Shown: positions 9,563 to 19,571, counted from the first letter of the stretch. The stretch: DNA of 64,000 bases from Vicinamibacterales bacterium (GCA_965262925.1 CBDHGC010000004.1:6935339-6999338), one strand, 5' to 3'. The notes: generated by a model not told the origin, from the sequence alone. Translations and numbers: made by a program.

Positions 9563-10906
9563 TCAGGCGGGCGGCGGGGGGAGCCCGAAGGCGTCGGGGA
9601 CGACGGGACCGGTGGCGCGCAACATCGTGGCGATCAGCGGAGGCAGATCGAGGTCGCGTTGGCGGGCGGTGCGCACGACGCTGGCCAGCACCTGCTGGCT
9701 GTCGGCGCCGTGGCGGGTGCGGTTGCCACCGCAGACCTTTCGGATAACGACGGCGGGACGGATGGCCTGTTCGGCGCGCCAGTTGGTCGCGTCGACCGAC
9801 AGGTCCCACAAGAAGAGAAACACGGCAGCGAATTCGGTGGCCAGATGCCGGGCAAAGCGCTCGGTGTCGTCCAGCGGTGGCGGTGCGTCAATCAGCCGAC
9901 CGAACTGGGCCACGAGTCGGCCGCGGACCGATGCCAGACCGTGCTCGCTCAACTCGCCGTCGTTGCAGCGGTCACGCACGGCAAGGCCCGTCTGCAAGAC
10001 CGCTTGCACCTGCCCGGCCCAGAGACTGTCGGGATGATCTTCCTGCAGTTCCTTGCATCGTCGGAGCAGGTGATTCAGACAGGATTGGTGCAGCGCGGCT
10101 CGGTAGCAGCGATACGACACCCACCCGTCGCGCACGAGCACCCCGTCGAAGTCGGCCCCGAGAACCGTGGTGGCATCGTCGAACCCGCGGCCGGGGCAAA
10201 TGGCGTAGACCGTCGTCTCCGGGGTAACGAACGCCCACAGCCAGTGGCTGATGGCAGCCACCCGCCACCCGGTTTCATCCGGCGTGACCACCGGCGAGTT
10301 GCGGACCTGCTCGCACAGCGCCGTGTAGGTCGGCGCGGCGTCGCGGGCTGTGCGGTGCAGCAGGTGAGCGAGGCCGCCCGGCGTCACCTGCAGGCCGAAC
10401 GTGGTCCGCAGCACGTGGGCGACCTTTGCCAGCGGTACGCCCATCTCGGTGTGCAACTCGACGACCAGCGCCACGACGCCGGGGCCCAGTTGCGCACCGG
10501 CCGCGCCCAGCGCATCCGAGGTCTGCAGCGCGTGGCGGCCCTGCACGCGCCGCTGACACCGCGAGCAGTGGCCCACTTCGATGTCGAAGCGGCGCACGAC
10601 CGGGCGCACCTCGGGGATTTCTTCCTGATACTGCGACGCCACGTGGGTCACTGCGACCGACCCGCCGCAGTCGGGGCACACCCTCGGCACCGGCGCTTCC
10701 AGGGTCTGGTCAACCCGTGCCGGGCGCGGGCGGCACGCCTTCCGGCCATACTGCGCACCAGCCCGTCGACCGGGACGCCGGCCGCGTCCTTGCGGGCGGT
10801 CCTTGGCGAAGGGGGCGGCTTGTCGGAACCCCGCCCGACGCGCAGCGGCCAACTGCCGCCTCAGGTGCTCGATCTCCCGCTTCTGACGCTCGTCCTGGCG
10901 TCGCAA
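9563..10906 (-). CDS. IS66-family DDE transposase (zf-IS66 type); probably 5'-truncated
   Basis: CPDCGGSV zinc motif, TPDETGWRV, WLWAFVT, DGWVSYR, HQSCLNHLLRRCKEL. The coiled-coil reading frame continues upstream (GDERIGRLRDEVGRLREELSRRERENDRQKRQIDGL) to a stop at ~11046 with no ATG or GTG. The listed start is a TTG. I could not define the element ends. Confidence 0.8.
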   Translation of the reverse strand: MRRQDERQKREIEHLRRQLAAARRAGFRQAAPFAKDRPQGRGRRPGRRAGAQYGRKACRPRPARVDQTLEAPVPRVCPDCGGSVAVTHVASQYQEEIPEVRPVVRRFDIEVGHCSRCQRRVQGRHALQTSDALGAAGAQLGPGVVALVVELHTEMGVPLAKVAHVLRTTFGLQVTPGGLAHLLHRTARDAAPTYTALCEQVRNSPVVTPDETGWRVAAISHWLWAFVTPETTVYAICPGRGFDDATTVLGADFDGVLVRDGWVSYRCYRAALHQSCLNHLLRRCKELQEDHPDSLWAGQVQAVLQTGLAVRDRCNDGELSEHGLASVRGRLVAQFGRLIDAPPPLDDTERFARHLATEFAAVFLFLWDLSVDATNWRAEQAIRPAVVIRKVCGGNRTRHGADSQQVLASVVRTARQRDLDLPPLIATMLRATGPVVPDAFGLPPPPA

Positions 10907-11268
10907 GCCGTCGATCTGGCGCTTCTGCCGGTCGTTCTCCCGCTCGCGCCGCGACAGCTCTTCCCGGAGCCGCCCTACCTCGTCGCGCAGCCGTCCTATC
11001 CGTTCGTCGCCGGTATTAAGCTGGAAATAAGTATCCTGACCTCACAGTATGCCGAAATATGAGGAAATCAAACCGGAAATTACCTGTATGCTGTCAGGCA
11101 ACCAATGACCCTATTAAATATCGTCGCTGGACAGCCCGTACTCGTTGACCACACAAGACTTATGCCATATTTGCGCCAAAAGTACAATCCAAAAAAATAG
11201 ATCTTGCGTGGCCACCCGCTAAACAAAGACGTTTTGCCTTCTCAATTGGGTGCGGCTCGCATGGTTCG

Positions 11269-12613
11269 ATGCAGGGCGTTGAGCCTCGGCTGTACCGCTT
11301 GGACAACGTGCTGGGGGCCGCCCCTTGGCTGAACCGGAAGCCGGTCATCGTGGTGGAGAGCAAGGCATGCGTCGAGCGCTTGTGGAGCACGTTCGGCGGC
11401 TCGATGCCCGCGACCTCCAGCGTCGGCGGACTCGGCCAGTGGGAGCTCGGACATACCGAACAACTGAAGGACAACCGCGTACAGGACGTCGCCATCATTC
11501 CAGATGCGCGTAAGGAGCGGTGGGATCGAGCGTACGCCGTCGCACGGTCGTGCGCCGCAGCTGGCCTCCGCGTGCGGATGGTCTTCCTGCCGGATGGCAT
11601 GGAGAACGTCGGCGCCTACTTCGAAGCCGGCCGCGAGAAGCGCGCGCTGGAGGACCTTGTGGCCGGGCAGGATATCCCTTGGAGGCATCACTGTCCTGGA
11701 CAGCGTGTTCGACCGCGAGAAACGCCTGCTTGCCTTCGACCTCGCCGCGCGCGTCTCGACGGGCCGTCCGATGCCCGACGGCCTGTCAAGACCGGAGGCG
11801 CCAAGCCACGTTGTCCTGCTGATTCACCGCCTCTTGAGTCACACCGTAAGGACTCGCCTTGAAGCCGCTGGTGCGGACATGTCGCACGTCACCCATCGGT
11901 CTTGCGAGGTCGACGACCTGCTGCCGGGAGCCGATCGCAAGGCGATGTCGAGGTCGATTCCCGAAGGCACCAAGCTGGTAGTGATCGACCCGCTCGTCTG
12001 CCCCGCCGTCGCGTCGTTTCCTGTCCCGAAGGGAGGCGGCGCCGCGCGCGCCGCCCTGGTGCGGTTGGCGGAGCTGGCCGAGCAGACGGGAGCTGCGATG
12101 CTCCTGCTCCGGGACCTCCACGTGGGCTCGGACCCTGACCCGCGGTCGTCAGGCAGCAGCGTCCTGGAAATACTCGGTGTCGCGCGCACCCGGTTGATCG
12201 TCGTGCGGAACGGAGACGACAAGCACGGGATGGTGCTGGCGAGCACCCCACCCGATCTTGGCGGTGGCGTCGGTCCGCAGCCGTACTCACTGGCCCCAGG
12301 TGACCAGCACGTGCCAACGATCGTGTGGGGCGGTCCTGGGAGGCTTCGGACCACCGTTCCACCGGAACGGGCCGACGGCGGCGCTGCGCCCGCGTCGAAG
12401 GTTGACGTGGCGGGGCAGTTGCTGCTCAAGTGGCTGGCCACCGAGCCGCTTCCTGCGAAGGTGGTGATGCAACGGGCGGCTGCGGCGGGGATAACGGAGC
12501 CGACGCTACGCCGCGCCAAGTCCAGGTACAACGTCATATCGCACAAGCGGGGAGGACCGGGCGGCGTGCAAGAGTGGTGGTGGAGCCTCGAAGATGACCA
12601 CTCCGCCCACTGA
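11269..12613 (+). pseudogene. Toprim domain fused or adjacent to a RecA-like (AAA_25/RepA-type) NTPase with C-terminal HTH; one frameshift and a degenerate P-loop
   Basis: Toprim-like KPVIVVESKACVERLW...VAIIPDARKERWDRAYAV...RVRMVFLPDG (ORF 11269..11862). The frame switches at ~11675-11700 to GGITVLDSVFDREKRLLAFDLAARVSTGRPMPDG...LVVIDPL...AAMLLLRDLH...ITEPTLRRAKSRYNVISHKRG (ORF 11504..12613). The expected GxxGxGKS is replaced by DSVFDREKR. Confidence 0.55.
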
Positions 12614-13003
12614 AGACGATCATCTGCGTTGGGGTCGGTTCACTGTGCTGATCAGCGCCGCCGGCCCTGCACATTGGGGCTTTTCCGAAGAGAATCATCG
12701 TCGCGATGGCACTCTTTGAAGTCGACCGATGATCACCTTCGGAGGCTCGCGCTGCGCCGCTCCCCAGTCCGGCGACGCCGACATGGACCTCGATGAGGAA
12801 CGCGAGCAGGTCGGCGCCATCCAAGCGCGGGTCGAGACTGCCGAGGTGATCGCCGTGTGCTGGAACACGATCATCTTGATCACGTTCTGATCGTGTTTGC
12901 GCGCTTGTACGAGCCGCTCCCGCGTTCGGCCGCATTTCCTCTGAAAGTTGCAGCAGCGGTGATCGTGCGTGCTCGCACGGCTGGGATGAGGACGCGTTGG
13001 GTG

Positions 13004-13033
13004 CCGGTGGGTGCCAGCGCTGGCACCCACCGG
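13004..13033. repeat. 30-bp perfect palindrome CCGGTGGGTGCCAGC|GCTGGCACCCACCGG
   Basis: Read directly from the sequence. It sits in a stretch with no convincing ORF. Confidence 0.9.
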
Positions 13034-13381
13034 CTATTCCACCTATCGAGACAGCCTGCACTGCCCGAACAGCATCGCGGCAGTCATCGAAACTGCGTGG
13101 GGTGAGACGGCCCGGTCTGCAACCACTGGTTGAGCCGCGCGGCCGTCACCTCGTCGGTGACCGTCAGCGCTACGGCCCGCGAGAGCTGGCTGGTCCCTGA
13201 CCCGGCCGGCGGCGGATAGACCGAACAATCCCTTGCCGCCAGAGCCTCTTGCAAAAATCGGTAATCGGCCGGGTTTTCTTTGCCGGAAGCCGCAGGGCGA
13301 GGGACGGTCAGTGGGCGGGACGTAGCGTCTGAAGGATGGCGGTAGCGGTCACCGCCGCCGACGAGTCCGAGACGCGGGGGT

Positions 13382-13747
13382 TCATGGGGCCTCCCGGCCG
13401 GTTATGAAGGCAAGCACGCGCGAAGAGAGGCCGCGCATTTCCTTCACGAGCCGCTCCAATTCGCGGTTGTTCTCGATCCACTCCTGGTAGAGGACAAGTT
13501 CGTCTTCGGTGAGCCTCATCCCGACGGTTTTCCCGCGGTCCTTGCGTGTCCAGTAGTGGTAGGGACCGTGCCGGGCGTCCGGGTCGCGGTAGCAGCGGCA
13601 GGTGGTCTTCCCACACGCTATCCGGCGGGTCTGGAGGCTGCCCTGGAAGAGAAACCCAAGCGACTGCAGTTCCGCCTTGAGCGCGTCGTATCGCTCCGTG
13701 TACTGGCGCATCTGGTCCGCACCGGCCATCGAACCGCAGCTTGACAT
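13382..13747 (-). CDS. Small Cys-motif protein encoded divergently inside the IS (CGKTTCRC...DPDARHGPYHYWTRK; resembles what I recall as DUF6788-type proteins)
   Basis: ORF track. It is conserved in all three IS copies (13382..13747, 58004..58369, 46125..46502), including the diverged copy C. Confidence 0.65.
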   Translation of the reverse strand: MSSCGSMAGADQMRQYTERYDALKAELQSLGFLFQGSLQTRRIACGKTTCRCYRDPDARHGPYHYWTRKDRGKTVGMRLTEDELVLYQEWIENNRELERLVKEMRGLSSRVLAFITGREAP

Positions 13748-13796
13748 TGCCCCTGCGCGTAAATATACAGTAGCTCGCAGGAGCGGTCAACAAGCC

Positions 13797-14936
13797 ATGA
13801 ATGCCCTGCGCGCCTCGTTCGCCCCCTACTGGGAGTCGATCCAGCGTACGCTGTTCCCGCGGTTGGAGCAGGCGTTGGGTCCACTGACCGAAAAACAGCA
13901 GCAGTTGGTGCAGACCCTGGAGGTCATCCGTATCGAGCGCCTGATTCCCCGGTACTTCCGGGCGCCGGGGCGGCCGCCCAAGGACCGCGCGGCGATGGCG
14001 CGGGCCTTCGTGGCCAAGGCGGTCTACGACCTGCCGTCGACGCGCGCACTGCTGGACCGGTTGGCCGCCGATGTGGCCCTGCGCCGGCTCTGCGGCTGGG
14101 AGCGGAAGTTCGAGGTGCCGAGCGAGTCGGTCTTCTCGCGCGCCTTTGCCGAGTTCGCCGACACGCAGTTGCCCCAGCGCGTGCACGAAGCGCTGATCCG
14201 GGAGACGCACCACGACCGGCTGGTGGGCCACCTCTCGCGCGACTCGACGGCCATCGAGGCCCGTGAGAAGCCGGCCACGAAGGAGAAGCCGCCCACGCCG
14301 CCCAAGCGCAAGCGCGGGCGGCCGAAGAAGGGCGAAGAACGGCCAAAGGTCCTGACACGTCTCGAACGGCAGCCGACCATGAACCTGCCGGCGATGCTGG
14401 ACGACCTGCCGACCGCCTGCGATGTCGGCACGAAGAAGAACAGCAAGGGCTACAAGACCACCTGGGTCGGCTACAAGCTGCACATTGACGTGGCCGACGG
14501 CCAGATTCCGATCAGTTGCCTGTTGACGTCCGCCTCCCTGCATGACAGCCAGGCCGCCATTCCGCTGGCGACTCTGTCCGCCGAGCGGACGACCAATCTG
14601 TATGACCTGATGGACGCCGCCTACGACGCGGAGCAGATCCGGGAGCACAGCCGCTCACTCGGCCACGTCCCGTTGATTGACGTCAACCCTCGTGGCGACA
14701 AGGCCCGGGCGGAGGAACTGCGAACCGAAGCCCGGCGCCTGAAAAATCTCGGCTTCCAGCGTGCCGAGCAGGTTCGCTACAACGAGCGTACGGCGGGTGA
14801 GCGCGTCAATGGCCGTCTCAAGGACGAGTTCGGTGGTCGCCATGTCCGGGTCCGTGGCACCGCGAAGGTGATGTGCCACTGCATGTTCGGCATGTTGGCG
14901 CTCACCGCCGACCAGCTCCTGCGTCTGGTGACATAG
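13797..14936 (+). CDS. DDE transposase (InsH-type N-terminal domain plus DDE_Tnp_1-like core)
   Basis: MNALRASFAPYWESIQ (ATG 13797, inside ORF 13602..14936). GRPPKDRAAMARAFVAKAVYDLPSTRALLDRL, GYKLHIDVADGQIPISCLLTSASLHDSQ, YNERTAGERVNGRLKDEFG. Confidence 0.85.
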   Translation: MNALRASFAPYWESIQRTLFPRLEQALGPLTEKQQQLVQTLEVIRIERLIPRYFRAPGRPPKDRAAMARAFVAKAVYDLPSTRALLDRLAADVALRRLCGWERKFEVPSESVFSRAFAEFADTQLPQRVHEALIRETHHDRLVGHLSRDSTAIEAREKPATKEKPPTPPKRKRGRPKKGEERPKVLTRLERQPTMNLPAMLDDLPTACDVGTKKNSKGYKTTWVGYKLHIDVADGQIPISCLLTSASLHDSQAAIPLATLSAERTTNLYDLMDAAYDAEQIREHSRSLGHVPLIDVNPRGDKARAEELRTEARRLKNLGFQRAEQVRYNERTAGERVNGRLKDEFGGRHVRVRGTAKVMCHCMFGMLALTADQLLRLVT

Positions 14937-15327
14937 CCAACGCGCCGCCGGCAAACGCCCATCCAATCCCGGCGCTCAACCGGCGTCAGTCACCCACCGG
15001 TGTCCCGACGCTCGGTGGAAAACACGTCGATCCCCTTGTTTTCCGCTTCCTGGCTGCCGCCGGCCCTTCAGGACCAGAACACGGAGTCAAAATCCAGAAC
15101 AATTGGGGTGTTCACCCCGAGAATCGGAGGACTGAGCCGAGCCGCGACCCCAAGAGTTTTGCAAGTGGCTCGCCAGACAGACGGCGGGTCACAATCCCGA
15201 AGGCGGAGGCGGGGTGAGGAGAACCGCTCCGGGTAGGCGTCGACGGAACGTCAATCAGCCGCGCGCAGTTGCGCGGACGCCTGCTGCGGCTCGACGAGAG
15301 GGACGGCCGGGACGCACCGGAGGGGGC

Positions 15328-15927
15328 ATGAGCAGAACCGTCACGTTCCTCCGGCGGGTGCTCGCGGAAAAGCGCGTCGTCGTTGCGCTGGTGGCGCTTG
15401 GCCTGGCCGCCGATGCCGGGCTCTATACTCTCGCGGTCTACCCAGCGAGCGTCGAGGTCAAGGACGCGGGCCGGCGTGCGGCTGCAGCCGCCGCCAGTCT
15501 GGAAGCGGCACGGCGGGGCTTCGAGAGCGCCCGGCTCGCCGCGGACGCGATGACACGGGCGGACGCGGAACTGCGCACGTTCCACGAGGAGATCCTGCCG
15601 CGCGATCTGGCCGGCGCGCGCGCACTCACGTTCGCCCGACTTGCGGCGCTCGCGGCCGACCACGGGCTGCTGTTGGAAAGGCGCGCCTCGGCGCCGGACC
15701 GGGAAGAAGGCAGCCGCCTGGCGCGACTTCAGGTGTCGATGCTGCTCAGCGGCGCGTATCGGGACATTCGCCGGTTCATCCACGCGCTCGAGACGGCGCC
15801 GGAGTTCGTCGTCATCGAGGAGATCGTTCTGAGCCAGGGAGACGAGACGGAGGCGGGGGAAGTACTGAGCCTGGTTCTCTCCACCTACTATCGGGACGAT
15901 GACCATGCGCAGCGCGTCGAGCCGTAG
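15328..15927 (+). CDS. PilO/GspM-like pilus or T2SS assembly protein (single N-terminal TM helix)
   Basis: MSRTVTFLRRVLAEKRVVVALVALGLAADAGLYTL, then a coiled-coil and a ferredoxin-like C-terminus (LQVSMLLSGAYRDIRRFIHALETAPEFVVIEEIVL). RBS GGAGGGGG precedes ATG 15328. It lies directly upstream of the pseudopilin genes. Confidence 0.5.
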   Translation: MSRTVTFLRRVLAEKRVVVALVALGLAADAGLYTLAVYPASVEVKDAGRRAAAAAASLEAARRGFESARLAADAMTRADAELRTFHEEILPRDLAGARALTFARLAALAADHGLLLERRASAPDREEGSRLARLQVSMLLSGAYRDIRRFIHALETAPEFVVIEEIVLSQGDETEAGEVLSLVLSTYYRDDDHAQRVEP

Positions 15928-15994
15928 CGCGGGGCGTCCGGCGCGGTCGAGCGACCTGCGGGGGAGGGTGGTCGCGGGCACGACCAGCCGCCTG

Positions 15995-16462
15995 ATGCGG
16001 GGGACGCTTGGCTATTCCTTCGTCGAGTTACTCGTCGTCAGCAGCATCCTGCTGATCCTGGCGTCGGCGGTCGCGCCGCTCGCGCAGGTGACCATGCAGC
16101 GCCAGCGGGAGATTGAGCTGCGGCGGGCATTGCGTGAGATGCGGACCGCGATCGACGGCTACAAGGACGCGGTGGACCTGGGTGTCATCGGCGGCACGGA
16201 GATCGATCCGGAGAACCAGGGCTATCCGCCCAGCCTCGAGACGCTCGTGGGGGGCGTCGAGCCGGTCGACGAGAACGCGGGCAGCGTCCTGCGCTTCCTG
16301 CGGCGGATTCCGATCGATCCGATGACGAAGACCACCGACTGGGGCATGAGGTCCTACCAGGACGATCCCGACACCACACGCTGGGGCGGGGACAACGTGT
16401 ACGACGTCTACACGAAATCGCGAGGCACGGCGCTCGACGGCACGCGCTACCGGGACTGGTGA
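15995..16462 (+). CDS. Type II secretion / type IV pilin-like pseudopilin (GspG-like)
   Basis: Prepilin signature LG|YSFVELLVVSSILLILASAV. ATG 15995 lies within ORF 15899..16462. C-terminal DGTRYRDW. Confidence 0.75.
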   Translation: MRGTLGYSFVELLVVSSILLILASAVAPLAQVTMQRQREIELRRALREMRTAIDGYKDAVDLGVIGGTEIDPENQGYPPSLETLVGGVEPVDENAGSVLRFLRRIPIDPMTKTTDWGMRSYQDDPDTTRWGGDNVYDVYTKSRGTALDGTRYRDW

Positions 16463-16466
16463 GACG

Positions 16467-16862
16467 ATGCGGGACTGGCGGGGCGCGCAGGGCTGGACGC
16501 TCATCGAGCTGACCATCGTGATCTCGTTGATCACGGTGCTGTCGACGATCGCGCTCGTCGGGTACAGCAACGCCGTGATCCGCTCGCGGGAGGCGGTGCT
16601 GAAGGAGGACCTCTTCCGCATGCGCGACGCCATCGATCAGCACAACGCCGACCTCGGGGAATACCCGCGGGATCTGCACGCCCTGGTGAGCGGCGGTTAT
16701 CTGCGCTCGATCCCGGAAGATCCGGTGACGCGGTCGTCCGCAACATGGGTGGTCGTGCCGGCGGAACCGGATCCGGCGGAACCGTTCGTCCAGGGCGTCT
16801 ACGACGTCAGGAGCGGGTCCGAGGCGGTCGCCCTCGACGGCACCGTCTATGCCGACTGGTAG
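16467..16862 (+). CDS. Type II secretion pseudopilin (GspG-like)
   Basis: G|WTLIELTIVISLITVLSTIALVGY. C-terminal DGTVYADW, paralogous to the upstream gene. Confidence 0.8.
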   Translation: MRDWRGAQGWTLIELTIVISLITVLSTIALVGYSNAVIRSREAVLKEDLFRMRDAIDQHNADLGEYPRDLHALVSGGYLRSIPEDPVTRSSATWVVVPAEPDPAEPFVQGVYDVRSGSEAVALDGTVYADW

Positions 16863-16869
16863 GAAGTCC

Positions 16870-17107
16870 GTGAAGAGAGTCCGGCGACCGCGCGGACAGC
16901 AGGGCTTCGCGATGGCCGCTCTGCTCGTCGTTCTCGCCGTCATGAGTCTCATGCTGTCGATGGCGCTCCCGGTGTGGCACCACGCGGCGCAGCGCGAGCG
17001 CGAGGCCGAGCTGATCTTCCGCGGCGAGCAGTACGCGCGGGCCATCATGCTCTATCAGCGGCAGACCCCCGGCGCCTACCCACCCGATGTCGAGACCCTT
17101 GTCGAGG
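16870..17107 (+). pseudogene. Minor pseudopilin-like gene, 3'-truncated by the IS4-like element
   Basis: VKRVRRPRGQQGFAMAALLVVLAVMSLMLSMALPVWHHAAQREREAELIFRGEQYARAIMLYQ. The reading frame runs into the IS end at 17108. Confidence 0.6.
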
Positions 17108-18424
17108 CTCATGCATCCCCTCATTTTGCCAGCATCAGATCACGCCGAAAACCTCGCGATACACCCGCTGTTCCATGAGCATGTTTCCGAACGTCTCCAT
17201 CAACGGACGAATCCGATCCTCGGGCCAATTGGGGAGATGGTGGTACAGCATCAGCCCCTGCCGAAACAACGAATGCGTCCGCCGCTTCACCGTGTTCGCC
17301 TTCAACCAGCGGTCATAACCGATGCGCTCGCCCGCCGCACCCAGCAACGACAGCACGGCGATCGCCAACGCACTGATCAACAACAGGCGGTCCCGCCGGT
17401 CCGGGCGCGAAACATGCATCGAAGCAAAGCCCCATCCCGAAGCGCATGTCCTTGATGTCCCGAAAGCCCGCCTCAATCCCCCAGCGCTTGCCGTAGTAGC
17501 GAATCAGGACCCGCGTCGGGACCTTCGCTTCGCTGGCCACCAGGCACCACGGTTCGTCCATCTTCGGATCCTGTACGCACACGACCGCGCCGACCGGCAG
17601 CTCGTACGTGTCGGTCACCCGAGCACCCACCAACCGCCGCGCACGCCCCCCGGCGCCGACCCACGCGGCGGCCGTTCGCCGCTCGCCCCCCGCACTCGTC
17701 ACGTAGATGTCTCCACGCAACCGAATCACGTATTCGAAGGCCAGCTCCGTCGTCAACGCGTAGAACAGCTTGCAGTCCCCAAAGCCCCGGTCCGCCACGA
17801 CGGTGACTTTCACCCCGGCCGGCAGCACCTCCCGCAACCGGCACAGTAGCTCGTACTCATAGCGCCGCTGATTACCCTTCAGCGTCGAGGACGCCACCGT
17901 CTTCCACAGAAGGGGCGTTGCGCGCCCATGGCCAGTCACCATCGACAGCACGATCGTGTCCTGCCCGTCGGCCGCGAAGCTGGTCCAATCCAGCGCAACG
18001 ACCACTTCGGTGCGGGCGGCGACGATGAACGGCGTCCAGTATGCGAAGAAGGCCCAGACGTCGACGCCTCGATTGCTCAGCAGCCGATCCACCTGCTTCA
18101 CGCCATGCTTGGTCAACGTGCCCATGGCCTGGGCCAAGCCGCGCCCCACGGCATGGATTGCCAGCGAAGCGCTCGTCAGCACGCCCTGGGTTGCGTTGGC
18201 CAAGGACAGCACCCGTTTGGCATGCAGGTCGCCTTCGTACAAGGTGGTGATGAAGTTCAGGATGTCGTGTCTCCGGAGCCATTGCCGGGATGAGGCTGGC
18301 CGGTCTTGATGTTTATGCATACAACCATATTCTAATTCAAAGTGCGCACCTTTCCAACTTTCCTAATGTGAAACGGAGGATTTTGCTCTATTTGTTCATA
18401 TGAGAAAATGAGGGGATCTCTGAG
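17108..18424 (-). mobile_element. IS4-like insertion sequence (1317 bp), no TSD
   Basis: IRs CTCATGCATCCCCTCATTTT (17108->) and CTCAGAGATCCCCTCATTTT (18424<-). The flanking 8-10 bp differ and the flanking genes are unrelated (pseudopilin on one side, antitoxin on the other). Confidence 0.8.
17135..18320 (-). pseudogene. IS4-family DDE transposase with one frameshift
   Basis: ORF 17313..18320 (VVALDWTSF..., VTVVADRGFGD, RYYGKRWGIEAGFRDIKDMRFGMGL) continues in ORF 17135..17476 (FASMHVSRPDRRDRLLLISALAIAVLSLLG). The frame breaks at a C4/G4 run at ~17430-17433. Confidence 0.75.
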
Positions 18425-18433
18425 GTATACATC

Positions 18434-18600
18434 ATGCGAACCACCATCCGATTGGCTGACAGCCTCCTGTTGGAAGCTAAACGGGAGGCAGCCAGGTGCG
18501 GCATGACGCTGACGGCGATCCTCGAGGAGTCGCTGCGCGCCCGATTGGCTCGGACGACCGCCCAGCCCCGCACGCCCGGCATCCCCGCCGGCCTGTGCTA
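18434..18600 (+). pseudogene. VapB-type (RHH/DUF2191-like) antitoxin, N-terminal fragment, no cognate toxin
   Basis: MRTTIRLADSLLLEAKREAARCGMTLTAILEESLRARLAR. The sequence then loses family resemblance and the ORF runs on without a stop. Confidence 0.5.
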
Positions 18601-18653
18601 TCAGCGGCTCGCAATGGATGGCGGGACGCACCGCTTCATGCTGCACGGCTTGA

Positions 18654-19292
18654 ATGCCGTTCTATTGCCAGAATTCGGGTGGTACAGAATCGATCGGCGA
18701 GGAGCAGCGACGCCGAGTCATCCAGATCGATTCGCGGCCGGGTTGGAGCGGGGGCGCCAACTGGTGGGGCGCCGCCTTCGACCCGGAGACCGGGCGGCTC
18801 TACGTGCCGAGCTGGGCGCACTTCTCGTTCGTCGTGCTGGAGGCGGGCGACCCGGCGAATTCGGACCTGACGATCCGGCCGCAGGTGAGCAACCTGCCCG
18901 GCCCGCAGGGACTCCCGTTGTTCAAACCGCCCTACTCGCAGCTCGCGGCGCTGGACCTGAACGCCGACGAGAAGCTGTGGAGCGTGCCGCTCGGCGACGG
19001 CCCCCGCGACCACGAGGCGCTGCGCGGCATGGATCTGCCCCCGCTCGGCAACTACGAGAAGAGCGGCGGCCCGCTGCTGACGAAAACGCTGCTCTTCATC
19101 GGCCAGGGCATCGAGTCGAAGCGCCTGCGCGCGTTCGAGAAGGACACAGGCTACGAGCTGTTCGAGATGGAGCTCCCCGCGCGGTCGTCGTCCGCGCCGA
19201 TCAGCTACCTGGCGGACGGCCGGCAGTACATCGTCCTGGCGGTCGGCGGCGGGGCCGACCGCGAGCAGCTCGTCGCGCTGGCCCTTCCGTAG
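18654..19292 (+). pseudogene. PQQ-dependent dehydrogenase (quinoprotein), C-terminal fragment
   Basis: GGANWWGAAFDPETGRLYVP, ALDLNADEKLWSVPLG, PISYLADGRQYIVLAVGGG. The N-terminal ~2/3 of such enzymes is absent. Confidence 0.6.
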
Positions 19293-19340
19293 CTTCGGGC
19301 TTGGATTGACATCTGTTGGTGATGTTTTCATGCTAGGAAC

Positions 19341-19571
19341 ATGAGCACGATGATCCAAATCCGCAACGTGCCGGACTCCCTGCACCGACGGCTGAAGGCC
19401 CGCGCCGCCATGGAAGGCGTTTCGATGTCCCTCTACGTACTACGGGAAATCGAGAAAGCGCTTGCACGACCAAGTCGGCAGGAACTGCTCCAGGCCATTC
19501 GCAAGCAGCCGGAAGTTGTGCTCGACCGTTCGCCTGCAGAGGTTCTCCGGGAGGAGCGGGGGCTGCGTTGA
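19341..19571 (+). CDS. vapB: Type II antitoxin, FitA/VapB-like (RHH)
   Basis: MSTMIQIRNVPDSLHRRLKARAAMEGVSMSLYVLREIEKAL. 4-nt ATGA overlap with the PIN gene. Confidence 0.85.
   Translation: MSTMIQIRNVPDSLHRRLKARAAMEGVSMSLYVLREIEKALARPSRQELLQAIRKQPEVVLDRSPAEVLREERGLR

Larger units (their letters stand above)
13242..15171 (+). mobile_element. 1930-bp IS5/IS1182-like IS, copy A, with 4-bp TSD GCCA
   Basis: IRs GAGCCTCTTGCAAAAATCGG (left) and GAGCCACTTGCAAAACTCTTGG (right, reverse complement). GCCA at 13238-13241 and 15172-15175. Near-identical inverted copy at 56580..58509. Confidence 0.9.
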
